DNA of 64,000 nt from an uncultured Candidatus Saccharibacteria bacterium (GTDB lineage: Bacteria > Patescibacteriota > Doudnabacteria > UBA920). The stretch is taken from NCBI GenBank assembly GCA_964532425.1, contig CAZHIA010000001.1, forward strand, positions 124,951 through 188,950. The letters are read 5' to 3'. This document shows, piece by piece, positions 24,563-34,149 of this stretch (position 1 is its first letter; the number at the start of each line of letters is the position of its first letter). The position numbers and the translations under genes were made by a program. The notes beneath the pieces were generated by a model. The model was not told where the DNA came from. It worked only from the letters and a program-made list of their open reading frames with translations, and made no database searches.

Positions 24563-25951
24563 TCATTTTCAGAATCCGGGTCCATCCTGATCTATAACAT
24601 CGTCATTATCTTCATCTTCACCCTGGTCATGCTGGGTGCGTTGGCGTATGCTACGATCCAGCTGCGCGTGGTTCGCTCCGTGGTCAACCGCGAACAGGCA
24701 TTCCAGATTGCGGAAGCCGGGGCAAATTACTACCAGTGGCATCTGGCGCATTTCGCCACCGATTATGCCGATGGCACGGGGCAGACGTGCAATCCGTGCG
24801 GGCCGTATGTGCATGATTACGTGGATAAGGACACAAACAATGTGATTGGCCGGTATTCGTTGATGGTTACTCCGCCGGTGACCGGTTCTACTATTGTGAC
24901 CATTACGTCTACCGGTTACACGCTGGCCAACCCTTTGCAAAAACGTACCGTGACAGCGCGTTACGGCATTCCGTCGCTGGCCCAATATGCTTTTTTGACG
25001 AACACGGACGCCTGGATTGGTTCGAATGAGACGGTTACCGGGCAATTCATGACCAATGGGGGAGTGCGTTTCGACGGGACCGGGAACGCGCCGATTATGT
25101 CGGCCAAACAAACATACCAATGCCAGAGCTGGTCAGGGAGCCCGTGCCCCGCGACCAAGCCGGGTATTTGGGGAGCAGCGACGCAGTCGACCCAGAATTT
25201 TTGGCAGTATCCCGTGCCGAACGTGGACTTTTCTTCAGTGACTTCCAATTTTGCGAGCATTAAGAGCTCGGCTCAGACCGGCGGCGTGTACCTGCCGCCT
25301 TCGAATCAATCGGGTTACTCGCTGGTTTTTAAATCGGACGGCACAGTGGACGTATACAAGGTAACGTCTCTGCGTGCGAATCCCACCGGATGGGACGTGG
25401 ATAATAAAGCGCACAACGAAGATCTTGATTATAATGCGCGAACATTCCTGTACAATACCCCCATTCCAAACAATGGCCTATTCTACGTTGAAGACCGGAC
25501 CTGGGTGGAGGGAACCGTAAAAGGCCGGGCCCTGGTGGCGGCCGCCAAACTCCCGTACAATGCCAATACAGCCCCAAGCATCCTGATTCCGAACAATATC
25601 GTCTATGCGGCCAAGGACGGGACAAATTCTTTGGGCTTGCTGGCTCAGGAAGACATCCTGCTGACATACTACTCTCCGAACAATCTGGAAATCGATGCGG
25701 CACTGTTTGCACAGAATGGCAGTGCACAGCATTACTACTGGCCGGGAGTGGTGAAAAATTCCATCACCATTTACGGCACAGTGGGCAGTTACGGCCTTTG
25801 GACGTGGAGCTGGGTGGATGGCGGGAATAACATAACCAGCGGGTATTCTTCCACCAATACAACCTATGATGCAAACTTGCTGTATGCACCGCCGCCAAGC
25901 TTTCCTCTGACCAGCGGCGGGTACCAGCAGATTAGCTGGAGCAGCAACTAA
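24515..25951 (+). CDS. PilX-like minor pilin (type IV pilus assembly)
   Basis: Hydrophobic helix ILIYNIVIIFIFTLVMLGALAYA followed by REQAFQIAEAGANYY, as in the PilX N-terminal domain (AFQAAEAGL). The start is uncertain: ATG at 24515, or 24479 inside the repeat array. No clean G|FxxxE motif. Confidence 0.5.
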   Translation: MLQSNFFNFRRFCHFCSFSESGSILIYNIVIIFIFTLVMLGALAYATIQLRVVRSVVNREQAFQIAEAGANYYQWHLAHFATDYADGTGQTCNPCGPYVHDYVDKDTNNVIGRYSLMVTPPVTGSTIVTITSTGYTLANPLQKRTVTARYGIPSLAQYAFLTNTDAWIGSNETVTGQFMTNGGVRFDGTGNAPIMSAKQTYQCQSWSGSPCPATKPGIWGAATQSTQNFWQYPVPNVDFSSVTSNFASIKSSAQTGGVYLPPSNQSGYSLVFKSDGTVDVYKVTSLRANPTGWDVDNKAHNEDLDYNARTFLYNTPIPNNGLFYVEDRTWVEGTVKGRALVAAAKLPYNANTAPSILIPNNIVYAAKDGTNSLGLLAQEDILLTYYSPNNLEIDAALFAQNGSAQHYYWPGVVKNSITIYGTVGSYGLWTWSWVDGGNNITSGYSSTNTTYDANLLYAPPPSFPLTSGGYQQISWSSN

Positions 25952-25954
25952 GTA

Positions 25955-26036
25955 ATTGACAAAATTTTAAAAATTGACAAAAATGACAAAAATTAACTGC
26001 AGTTTGGTTTCCTATTTTTGTCATTTTTGTCAATTA
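25955..26036. repeat. TTGACAAAA inverted-repeat array E3
   Basis: ATTGACAAAATTTTAAAAATTGACAAAAATGACAAAAATTAA-CTGCAG-TTTGGTTTCCTATTTTTGTCATTTTTGTCAATTAA. Confidence 0.55.
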
Positions 26037-26047
26037 ACTAATGTTTT

Positions 26048-26431
26048 ATGTCTAAACCTGCAAAATTTTTAATTATCCTTCTTTTCTCACTGTTCCTTTC
26101 TTGTCCTGCCCATGCTGCCCGCATGGCCCCTGGTTCCTCTAAGGGCGAGGTACCGCAGGTTCAGCCATTGCAACCGATAGACGGAGCGGTGGCGCCGAAC
26201 GTCGGACAGAATATTTTAGCCAAACCGGCACAAGACGATCCGGGACCGGACAATGAGCAGGACGGTCTCCAGGTACCGGCTTCATCTTCGAGCAGTGAAC
26301 CTGAGGCCCATGCGGGAGTGGTTGCGTCTCCCGAGGCTCCGCCGTCACGCCTGTTTAATTATGTGGTAGCGCTGTTGATGCTTGTCGGTGCGGGGTTGGT
26401 AGTGTATGCTGCTAAATCCCGGAAGCAGTAA
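26048..26431 (+). CDS. small secreted protein with signal peptide and C-terminal TM anchor + basic tail
   Basis: 127 aa. Signal peptide ...SCPAHA. Pro/Ser-rich middle. C-terminus PEAPPSRLFNYVVALLMLVGAGLVVYAAKSRKQ (PEA + TM + basic), reminiscent of PEP-CTERM-type sorting signals. Confidence 0.45.
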   Translation: MSKPAKFLIILLFSLFLSCPAHAARMAPGSSKGEVPQVQPLQPIDGAVAPNVGQNILAKPAQDDPGPDNEQDGLQVPASSSSSEPEAHAGVVASPEAPPSRLFNYVVALLMLVGAGLVVYAAKSRKQ

Positions 26432-26507
26432 CCGGTCAAATTAAAAATGCAAAATTCAAAGTTAAAAATTATGGAGCCTTCTTTTGGCGGATAAATTTAA
26501 ATAATGT

Positions 26508-27704
26508 ATGCCAGTATTCCCAAACAGTCAACACGAAACCTGCATATACTGCGGCAACAATCCGGTTCCGCACTTTTTCCATTGGTATTTTGAATCCGTG
26601 AATATCCTGTTCGCTCCGGTTCGGGAAGTGGTACTTTTCAATCCTGTAGCTTCCGCGACTAAACGGGCGATGCGGCGGATGCGGTTCGGCCAGCGGGCGC
26701 TGCGGACTATGCTTGCCTGCCGCGCGGTCAGTATGAACGACAAGCGCGAATTATGCACCAGCCCCCGGGCCAAAGTCCTCTGGGAAGAAGCCGAGCGGCG
26801 GGGCATAGACATGCGCGAGGTACAGATGTTCCGGAGAAATGTCGATACTTTCGTTGCTGAAAAGAACGGCCGGCAAGTGATCTTTTCCGGCTTGCCGAGG
26901 CCCGAAGGACACCATAACAGCATTTTGGATGTTATGGATGATAAAAAATACTTCAAGCACGCCATGCGGGAGGCGGGAATACCGGTGCCTGACGGGGGGA
27001 GTGCCTGGAATTTTATCCAGGCTCGCAATATCTTTCGGCGCGTCCAAAAACCAGTCATTGTGAAGCCTCGTACCGGTAGTCGCGGGCGCCATAGCACCAC
27101 GTATATTTATACTGAAGAGCAGCTCAAAAAAGCCTTCGATGTGGCTAAACAATTGTGCTTCTGGGTTATAGTGGAAGAGCACATTGAAGGGCCGGTGTAT
27201 CGTGGGACGGTGATCAATTACGAGTGCGAGGGTGTTCTGCGCGGCGATGCGCCGAGCGTGGTCGGGGACGGTGTTTCTTCTATAATGGAATTGGCAAAGG
27301 CGAGGAACGCTGCCTTGCCGGAAAATGTGAAGCCGACACCGCTGGATAGCAGGACCGAAATATTCCTGCACCGGCAAGCTTTGGGTTTGGCTTCCGTCCC
27401 GGAAGCCGGCAGGCGGGTTTACCTTTCGGAGAAAGTCGGCATTGGGTATGGCGGTTCTTCGTCCGAGGATTTCGATATCTGTCATCCGGAAAATAAGGAA
27501 TTGTGCGAGCGGGCTGCCCGGGCACTTCGTGAGCCTATTGTGGGTTTTGATTTCATTATTCCTGATATTACGAAGCCATATACCCAGCAGCGCGTCGGTT
27601 TCATTGAAGCGAATTCCATCCCATTTATCAACCTGCACCATCATCCACTGCTCGGCCAGCCGCGTAATGTCGCGGCTGCGGTGTGGGAGTTAGTGGGGTT
27701 CTAA
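26508..27704 (+). CDS. ATP-grasp ligase (cyanophycin-synthetase-N-domain / RimK-like)
   Basis: KPVIVKPRTGSRGRHSTTYI (ATP-grasp phosphate-binding strand), VIVEEHIEGPVYRGTVI, and APSVVGDGVSSIMELAKARN resembling CphA PAHVIGDGKSTIAELI. Start codon uncertain (no RBS at 26508). Confidence 0.55.
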   Translation: MPVFPNSQHETCIYCGNNPVPHFFHWYFESVNILFAPVREVVLFNPVASATKRAMRRMRFGQRALRTMLACRAVSMNDKRELCTSPRAKVLWEEAERRGIDMREVQMFRRNVDTFVAEKNGRQVIFSGLPRPEGHHNSILDVMDDKKYFKHAMREAGIPVPDGGSAWNFIQARNIFRRVQKPVIVKPRTGSRGRHSTTYIYTEEQLKKAFDVAKQLCFWVIVEEHIEGPVYRGTVINYECEGVLRGDAPSVVGDGVSSIMELAKARNAALPENVKPTPLDSRTEIFLHRQALGLASVPEAGRRVYLSEKVGIGYGGSSSEDFDICHPENKELCERAARALREPIVGFDFIIPDITKPYTQQRVGFIEANSIPFINLHHHPLLGQPRNVAAAVWELVGF

Positions 27705-27844
27705 TCCACAATATATCGAATCTACGAATAGAACGAATCAACGAATAACTACGAAATTTCGAATTCGTTGATTCGTAGTCCTTCGCAGATTCGTCAAATT
27801 CGCAGATTCGATATATTCATACGTTTGTCATTCTTATTTCTTAA

Positions 27845-28861
27845 ATGGACCATCATCCTTTCTACAAGCTATCCCATCGCATTGTCTCCGCATGGTCAGA
27901 CCGGCTGACGCGGCCTTTGACTGCGGAAAACATCGGTCCTAAAATTCTTCGTATCTGCGGAGCTACTTTGGATTTGCGCGATTATGACCGCGTGGTTGCG
28001 GTGTGGTGCGGCCGTCATCCCTGGGAAGAGTTTGCCACCCAGGTGGAAGCGGTTTTTGGGAAGGAGGGTATTCCTTTGTACGAGACAGCCACATCGACCC
28101 GGGTTGCGCAGCTGGCAGATGTCCTGCATGAGTTGGGGGAGGACGATGCGGTCGTATTTTTGCATGGCGGTAGTATGTACTGCCGCCCGGATGTACTTCA
28201 GGCGCTCTCCGCATTGAAGCATGCGGGTGCTTTACCGGCGGAACAGGACACGGTTCACAAGCATCTGGATGAATTCAGTGCTCCGGGACTGGCCTGCCTG
28301 GCGCAGCCTGCGGATTGCCTGGAGTTATGCTGGTCGCCGGCCGGTATCGGCTGTCCTTGTCCGAGTTGCCCTACAACAGCACGTGAGGCCCGTGAGGTTC
28401 TAGAATTTTATAACATTCCGGAGATGACCGGTAAGCCGTCATTCCGTCTCGAGCAGCGGAACGCCGAAAACACCAGGCGCGTTGTCTGTATAGACCAGGA
28501 TGAGATGGCACAACTGTTTAAGGACGCGGTTGAAGAATTCGGGTTGACTGTGCATGATGGACGTGGTAATGAAGTTCTGGGCGCCGGCGAGTACCCGGCA
28601 TATTGCTCGTTTGCTTTTTTAGAAGACCAGTCGCGGTTGAGATCTGTCCTTTCTCAGAATCCGGCCCGTACCCATTTGCTTCTCGTCTGGAACGAGCCTA
28701 CAGGCCGGCTTCGATATGTTGCGGCGCTTGCAGGCCACGCTATTCCGGCACAGACCGTACTTTCCGGATTCGATCAGGCTACATGGCAAGGTCCCGGCAT
28801 CTCTGCCGAAGCCGCAGGTTTTCTGAATGAACCGTTCGCGATTGTGGCGGCGTTATTTTAG
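27845..28861 (+). CDS. hypothetical protein (GC-richer than surroundings)
   Basis: 338-aa ORF with coding-like composition. No motif recognised. Immediately downstream of the ATP-grasp gene. Confidence 0.4.
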   Translation: MDHHPFYKLSHRIVSAWSDRLTRPLTAENIGPKILRICGATLDLRDYDRVVAVWCGRHPWEEFATQVEAVFGKEGIPLYETATSTRVAQLADVLHELGEDDAVVFLHGGSMYCRPDVLQALSALKHAGALPAEQDTVHKHLDEFSAPGLACLAQPADCLELCWSPAGIGCPCPSCPTTAREAREVLEFYNIPEMTGKPSFRLEQRNAENTRRVVCIDQDEMAQLFKDAVEEFGLTVHDGRGNEVLGAGEYPAYCSFAFLEDQSRLRSVLSQNPARTHLLLVWNEPTGRLRYVAALAGHAIPAQTVLSGFDQATWQGPGISAEAAGFLNEPFAIVAALF

Positions 28862-28889
28862 ACACGAGGGGTGATTTTATGATATAATT

Positions 28890-31800
28890 ATGGAAAGTTG
28901 GAGGTGTGTTTCGAAATCAAATACAAATCATATGGCCAAGCCAAAATTAACCCATAAGGGGAGAGGGCGTGCTCCTATGGAAAAAGTCACAATCAAGCGG
29001 GTAAAAAGAAATACTAAAAAGCCGACAACTAAAGAAAAAATCCTGGCAGGATTGGGTTTAGGCTCCACGCTGCTCGGCGGCATCGCCTCAGTCAGTCCAA
29101 AGCCTCAAACTACCCAATTTACCAGATCGCAAGGTGATGAAGCCAAGAACAGCGGCAGCAAGGTTAAAAACGTGCTGAACCAGATTTTTGGCGTACCGGT
29201 TGCCCAAGCTTCCACTGATTATAGCACTATGAGCAAGGATGAGCTCGCCCAGCTTGCGGCACAGTTGAACGTGCCGAACCAGACGCCGCAGCAACAAGCG
29301 GAGTACCAGGCCATTGTGAATGCATACTATGGCAGAACGCCCACAACGTCCACAAGTAGCTCGTCAACCTCTTCCTCCAGTACCGGGAACAGTGGTTCAA
29401 CGACTTCCGAGGGTTCTACGCAAGGTACCGCATCGGGAGTTCAGGCGTACCATAATGGACAGTGGGGTGCTCCGCAGTCAGGAGATAAATTCACGGACGG
29501 CGCCGGGGTCAACTATACATTCCAAGGTGGGCAGTGGGTTCCAGACGCGCGCGATACGTACAGTCTTCCGACGACAGGTAATAAAGTGGGGGATACCAAA
29601 GCGGTCGGACCGAATCAAGTCGTCAGGTGGAACGGTGTGGCTTGGGTCGATGCTGACATTGGTACGGCCTTTAGTGACAATAGCGGAAATACCTTTGTAA
29701 TGGATGCCAGCGGAAAATGGATCCAGGGTGTCTACATGACTAATCCGCAGGGGTATAACCAGATCACTGGTGAGTACAGCCAGATGAATCCCATCAGTTT
29801 CGCTACTTTAGAGGCGGCAAAAGGATATGCCCAGTTGCTCGGAGGAACAGTTGAGGCTGTCACCTATGACCAGGGGCCGTATCGATTGGCCCAGCCACAG
29901 TATGTTATACGCGTAGGGAATGCAGTCTTGAATGCCGGTCTCGTGGCTCAGACGTTGAATGCATTCCCGAACGGCATGCAGATGATCCAACAAGAGATCT
30001 CGAAGTATAATTCCGCCGGTGTATCCACAAATAGTATGACCAAAACCCTGGAGGAGCTGCATGCTATGTACCCGAGCATAAATGTTGACGTGCCAGCTGC
30101 GAACGTGAGCGGGAATACGTACACAGGCCTTGCTGGTCAAGGCTCTAATGCTGCTTTTTATGGCCAAACTGCAAACGCCGGCGCCGCAATTCCGGGTTCG
30201 GCACCGGTTTGGAATATTGGGAACACGGGAACCCAGACCGGGACAGCCACCGGTCAACTGACCGCCCAACAACAGCAATGGATCGCTCAGTCCGGCACAA
30301 CCACCCGCCAGGCATTGCAGGGACAGGCCGGAGCGGTGGAATTTTTAGACAGTTATTTCGCCAATCATCCGGAACGGCTGCCCCAGGCTTTTGCGCCCGG
30401 TAGCTATATTGCGTACGGCTTGAGTGTCGGTACTTCCACCAGCGCCAATGTTTCCAATTATAACTTCAATTTTGATACCGGTAAATACGAAAAAGGCGGG
30501 ACAGGAACAACCGTAACTCCGCGAACTGATGCTCCAAATCCTGCTGCAACGGTTAACTTTAATTCGCTGACAGACCAGCAAAAGCAGGATATGACCGCTT
30601 ACTATGGCGGCCATCCGGAACGGCTTCCTGATGCTTTTGCCCCCGGTAGCTTTATCGCTTTTGGGCTGGGACTGGGAGGCGGGGCGCCGGATCTTTCAGA
30701 TCCGACCACGGCCAATACCCTGCAGAAAGCCGGGTACACCTGGAACGGTACGGCTTACGTGAAGATTGGTTCGACTGCAGCCTCGCATACTCCGACCGGA
30801 CCGATTACGACAGGAGACTATTATACCGATGAGCAAATTAAGAACATGGCTAATGGGATCGTGTACGATCCGGTAAAAATTTCCGATGCCCAACTACTGA
30901 GAGTGCAGAGTGGTATTACCGTGCCTGACCGGGTCTTCCCTGGTACGGTGCTTGCATATATGCTGGGCCTGGGGGATGCCAAAACCCAAGCTACCCAAGC
31001 TACGCGCGTCGGAACTGACGGCAAAACCTACCAGTATTCCAGCGGCTGGTGGGTAGTCCAGCCCGGGACGACAACTCAGGGAGCGCATACCAACGTACCG
31101 AATCCGGCACAAACAACCCCACCGGCTACCACTACGAGTCCTGATACTACGGTCACTATCAAGAGTCCCGGGGCAACCAGCGGCTCCACAATTAATGTCT
31201 CAATCAGCCAGCGAGCGAATAATGTGGTGCATATCGAATTCGTCGATCCTAACACGAATCAGCTGGTCAGCAAGGATTTTTCTTCCCTTACCGAATTTAG
31301 CAAACTGTTGCAGAGTTACAATGTAGGCGGAAATGATACCGCTGCCAGGAATTCACAGGCAGTGTTTGCGGCATTGGGATCGATCGGGCAAAACTGGAAT
31401 AAGGTAGCTACCGGGACTGTCCTGCCGCTGCCTCAGACAGTAACCCAGTCATCGGTCAACAATTCGGTATGGACCGACCAGAACGGCAATAGGGCGGTGA
31501 CTGCGGGAGCGTTGGGCATTAACGAACCATTGGGAGTGTTGTTCTATGATGCCGGTACCAACACACTTTACCTTGACCATGGGAACGGACAGTTTGAGAC
31601 TTTAACCGGCAACCAGGCGTATAATCAAGCCCGCGTGATTGAATATACGAATTTGATCAAAGCTGCCACGGCTACGCCCGATCATACGGCTGCGAGCAAT
31701 GACACGCTCCTCAAAGCGCTCGGCCGCAACACGGCAACGGTGGATGCCCAGCACCCGCTCGGTACCGGAGCCCAGAGCACGGGTTCCGGAATGCTGCAGC

Positions 31801-33224
31801 AAGGGGCTTGGTATTCCTGGACCGATTCATCGGTAGTCAAGGATTATGGGAAAAATGCCAACGCCTTCAAGGCGGATTGGCAAACTGATGCGACCGGTAA
31901 AGTTACGAGCATTACCATTACAACTACGAATGCCCAGGGACAACAGGTGCTCAGAACATTCCCGAGTCCCCAGGCCTTAATGAACTTTTTAGACACAACT
32001 TCTGGTCAATGGGCAGGATTGAACCCAGACCAGCAGCAAAATGCCTTTGCTGGTTTGCCTGATAATGTCAAAGCCATGTATACAGCCGCTAATGCAGCGC
32101 GGTCGTATATCCCGAATTTCCCCAATATCCAGACCACGAACCGTGTTGTAACCCCGCCGGGAACAGCCCAGCTTATTTCCACGGTTCCTGGATCGACCGG
32201 TCAGGTGTTGTCAGGAATGAATCCGGAATACTTTACGACTCCCGACCAAGCCAATGCGGCGCTGGCGGCCATCAGACAATACCACCCGGATGCGAAGTTG
32301 GTGGATATGTCGGTCAATTCCAGCCCTGGCTGGTTCACGAGCTATGGAACTGATCCGCGCGTTGGTTGGATGATCGTATATAATATCGATAACGGCAGTA
32401 ACCGCGCCACCTATGTTGACCCGGCAGCCGTGCTCAAGCAAATCGGTACGAGCGGACAATTGGCCAAAGATATTCCCGGTACCCAGCAATCCTTTTTTGC
32501 TACCAATAACGGAATTAACGTGGTCTTTAACACTGCCGTACCGAAAGGGTCCATGGGCGCAGCAAATACTGGGGCGGGTACGGGGACGCCGGCCGGCAGT
32601 ACTGGACAAACATCGAGCGGAACGCCAGCTCTCGGCGCTGTGTTGGGTAAAAACCCTTTCCATAACAACGAGAATGTTATGGTCACAACGGTTAACACGT
32701 TAGACGGATCGCTGCGGCCAACCAATGGTGTACTTTCCGACGGCTCGACCATAGAGATTGGCGGATATAATTTGGACGGGGCGTATAACCATTTCAGCCT
32801 CATGATCGGTACCGCTGAAGTACCCATCGACCAAGCCGTTATTACTGCCAATAAGATAACGTTACATCCAGTTTTCCCCAGCAGTACCCCAAATGGTGCT
32901 ATAATAAGAATTAAGCTACTGAGCGCTAATCCGGCACTCGCCGCAGGCCAGCTTTCCGGCGTATCTTTTAGCTTTACCAGGACCCAGTCTAGTAGTTTAG
33001 ACCAGGTAGACACGGAAACACAGGATTTGGAGTCCTCAGACGCGAGCGGGACTAGTCAGTCTCAATCTACGTATGTGGTCCAACCGGGCGATACGCTGTG
33101 GTCAATAGCTCAAAAAGTTTATCAGAGCGGTACCCAATGGGACAAGATTCTTTCGGCCAATAGTGATACTCTTCATGGGCCCCAGGATCTGAGAGTCGGC
33201 ATGGTACTGCGCATTCCATCTTAA
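28890..33224 (+). CDS. large surface protein (1444 aa) with N-terminal TM anchor, Thr/Ser/Gly/Gln-rich body and C-terminal LysM domain
   Basis: ILAGLGLGSTLLGGIASV anchor. C-terminal YVVQPGDTLWSIAQKVYQSGTQWDKILSANSDTLHGPQDLRVGMVLRIP (33072-33221) is a canonical LysM peptidoglycan-binding motif. Start may be an internal Met (MAKPK at 28932 or MEKVT at 28977). Confidence 0.7.
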   Translation: MESWRCVSKSNTNHMAKPKLTHKGRGRAPMEKVTIKRVKRNTKKPTTKEKILAGLGLGSTLLGGIASVSPKPQTTQFTRSQGDEAKNSGSKVKNVLNQIFGVPVAQASTDYSTMSKDELAQLAAQLNVPNQTPQQQAEYQAIVNAYYGRTPTTSTSSSSTSSSSTGNSGSTTSEGSTQGTASGVQAYHNGQWGAPQSGDKFTDGAGVNYTFQGGQWVPDARDTYSLPTTGNKVGDTKAVGPNQVVRWNGVAWVDADIGTAFSDNSGNTFVMDASGKWIQGVYMTNPQGYNQITGEYSQMNPISFATLEAAKGYAQLLGGTVEAVTYDQGPYRLAQPQYVIRVGNAVLNAGLVAQTLNAFPNGMQMIQQEISKYNSAGVSTNSMTKTLEELHAMYPSINVDVPAANVSGNTYTGLAGQGSNAAFYGQTANAGAAIPGSAPVWNIGNTGTQTGTATGQLTAQQQQWIAQSGTTTRQALQGQAGAVEFLDSYFANHPERLPQAFAPGSYIAYGLSVGTSTSANVSNYNFNFDTGKYEKGGTGTTVTPRTDAPNPAATVNFNSLTDQQKQDMTAYYGGHPERLPDAFAPGSFIAFGLGLGGGAPDLSDPTTANTLQKAGYTWNGTAYVKIGSTAASHTPTGPITTGDYYTDEQIKNMANGIVYDPVKISDAQLLRVQSGITVPDRVFPGTVLAYMLGLGDAKTQATQATRVGTDGKTYQYSSGWWVVQPGTTTQGAHTNVPNPAQTTPPATTTSPDTTVTIKSPGATSGSTINVSISQRANNVVHIEFVDPNTNQLVSKDFSSLTEFSKLLQSYNVGGNDTAARNSQAVFAALGSIGQNWNKVATGTVLPLPQTVTQSSVNNSVWTDQNGNRAVTAGALGINEPLGVLFYDAGTNTLYLDHGNGQFETLTGNQAYNQARVIEYTNLIKAATATPDHTAASNDTLLKALGRNTATVDAQHPLGTGAQSTGSGMLQQGAWYSWTDSSVVKDYGKNANAFKADWQTDATGKVTSITITTTNAQGQQVLRTFPSPQALMNFLDTTSGQWAGLNPDQQQNAFAGLPDNVKAMYTAANAARSYIPNFPNIQTTNRVVTPPGTAQLISTVPGSTGQVLSGMNPEYFTTPDQANAALAAIRQYHPDAKLVDMSVNSSPGWFTSYGTDPRVGWMIVYNIDNGSNRATYVDPAAVLKQIGTSGQLAKDIPGTQQSFFATNNGINVVFNTAVPKGSMGAANTGAGTGTPAGSTGQTSSGTPALGAVLGKNPFHNNENVMVTTVNTLDGSLRPTNGVLSDGSTIEIGGYNLDGAYNHFSLMIGTAEVPIDQAVITANKITLHPVFPSSTPNGAIIRIKLLSANPALAAGQLSGVSFSFTRTQSSSLDQVDTETQDLESSDASGTSQSQSTYVVQPGDTLWSIAQKVYQSGTQWDKILSANSDTLHGPQDLRVGMVLRIPS

Positions 33225-33247
33225 AAGATAATTTATTATAAACACAA

Positions 33248-34063
33248 ATGACAGAACACACCCACCACCACACTCCGGCTACTCCGGATGATGCTGGGCA
33301 GACAGGATCTCCTTCCATGCAGGGCGGCAGCCAGGGCATGGTCGCCTTGAGCATTTTGCTCGGGGCAATCTTAGTAGCAGCAGCGATGTTTTATAACACC
33401 AACGTCCTGGTGAAGAAAATGGGCGGAACGGAATTGACAGCACAAAAGGGTACGGAACAGCAGGCGCAAGCCCAGCCACAACCTCAACCTCAGGCGCAAG
33501 CCCAGCCACAGCAGCCGTCCGGGCCGGTGAGTGTCACGGATCGCGGTGACCAGCCGACTATTGGAAAGTCAAATGCCAAGGTGACCATTTACGAATTCTC
33601 AGATTTCCAGTGCCCATTCTGCCAACGGTTTGAACAGGGAGCTTATGCGCAGATTAAAACCAATTATATCGACACCGGCAAGGCCAAACTCGTATACCGC
33701 CACTATCCGCTGCCTTTCCACGTGAATGCCCAAAAGGCCGCAGAAGCAGGGGAGTGCGCGAATCGTCAAGGTAAGTTTGAGGCTTACCATGATATGCTCT
33801 TCGCCAAAGGCCAAGCTGACGGAACAGGGTTAGCTCCTGCTGATCTCAAGCAGTATGCTTCCCAGGTCGGTCTGGATACCGGCAAGTTCAACAAGTGTCT
33901 GGATAACGGCGAGACTGCCCAGGTGATCAAAGATGATACGGCTGCAGGAACGGCTGCCGGCATCAACGGCACTCCGAGCTTCGTAATCGGCGGTAAGCTG
34001 ATTGTCGGAGCCCAGGACTACAGCCAATTCCAGGCTGCGATCGATGAGGCGCTGAAGAAATAG
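33248..34063 (+). CDS. DsbA-like thiol:disulfide oxidoreductase (thioredoxin fold)
   Basis: TM anchor, (QPQ/AQ)n linker, then FSDFQCPFCQRF with a CPFC active site (33611-33622) and the DsbA-family pattern GTPSFVIGGKLIVGAQ. Confidence 0.85.
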   Translation: MTEHTHHHTPATPDDAGQTGSPSMQGGSQGMVALSILLGAILVAAAMFYNTNVLVKKMGGTELTAQKGTEQQAQAQPQPQPQAQAQPQQPSGPVSVTDRGDQPTIGKSNAKVTIYEFSDFQCPFCQRFEQGAYAQIKTNYIDTGKAKLVYRHYPLPFHVNAQKAAEAGECANRQGKFEAYHDMLFAKGQADGTGLAPADLKQYASQVGLDTGKFNKCLDNGETAQVIKDDTAAGTAAGINGTPSFVIGGKLIVGAQDYSQFQAAIDEALKK

Positions 34064-34107
34064 ATTCGAGAGCAGAGTTGGTAGTGAGTAGTTTATAGTT
34101 TATAGTA

Positions 34108-34147
34108 AACACCGCCTGACTGTATGGTCAGGCGGTGTTTTGGTTTT
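34108..34147 (+). terminator. rho-independent terminator
   Basis: AACACCGCCTGAC-TGTATG-GTCAGGCGGTGTT hairpin followed by TTGGTTTTG. Confidence 0.7.
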
Positions 34148-34149
34148 GA

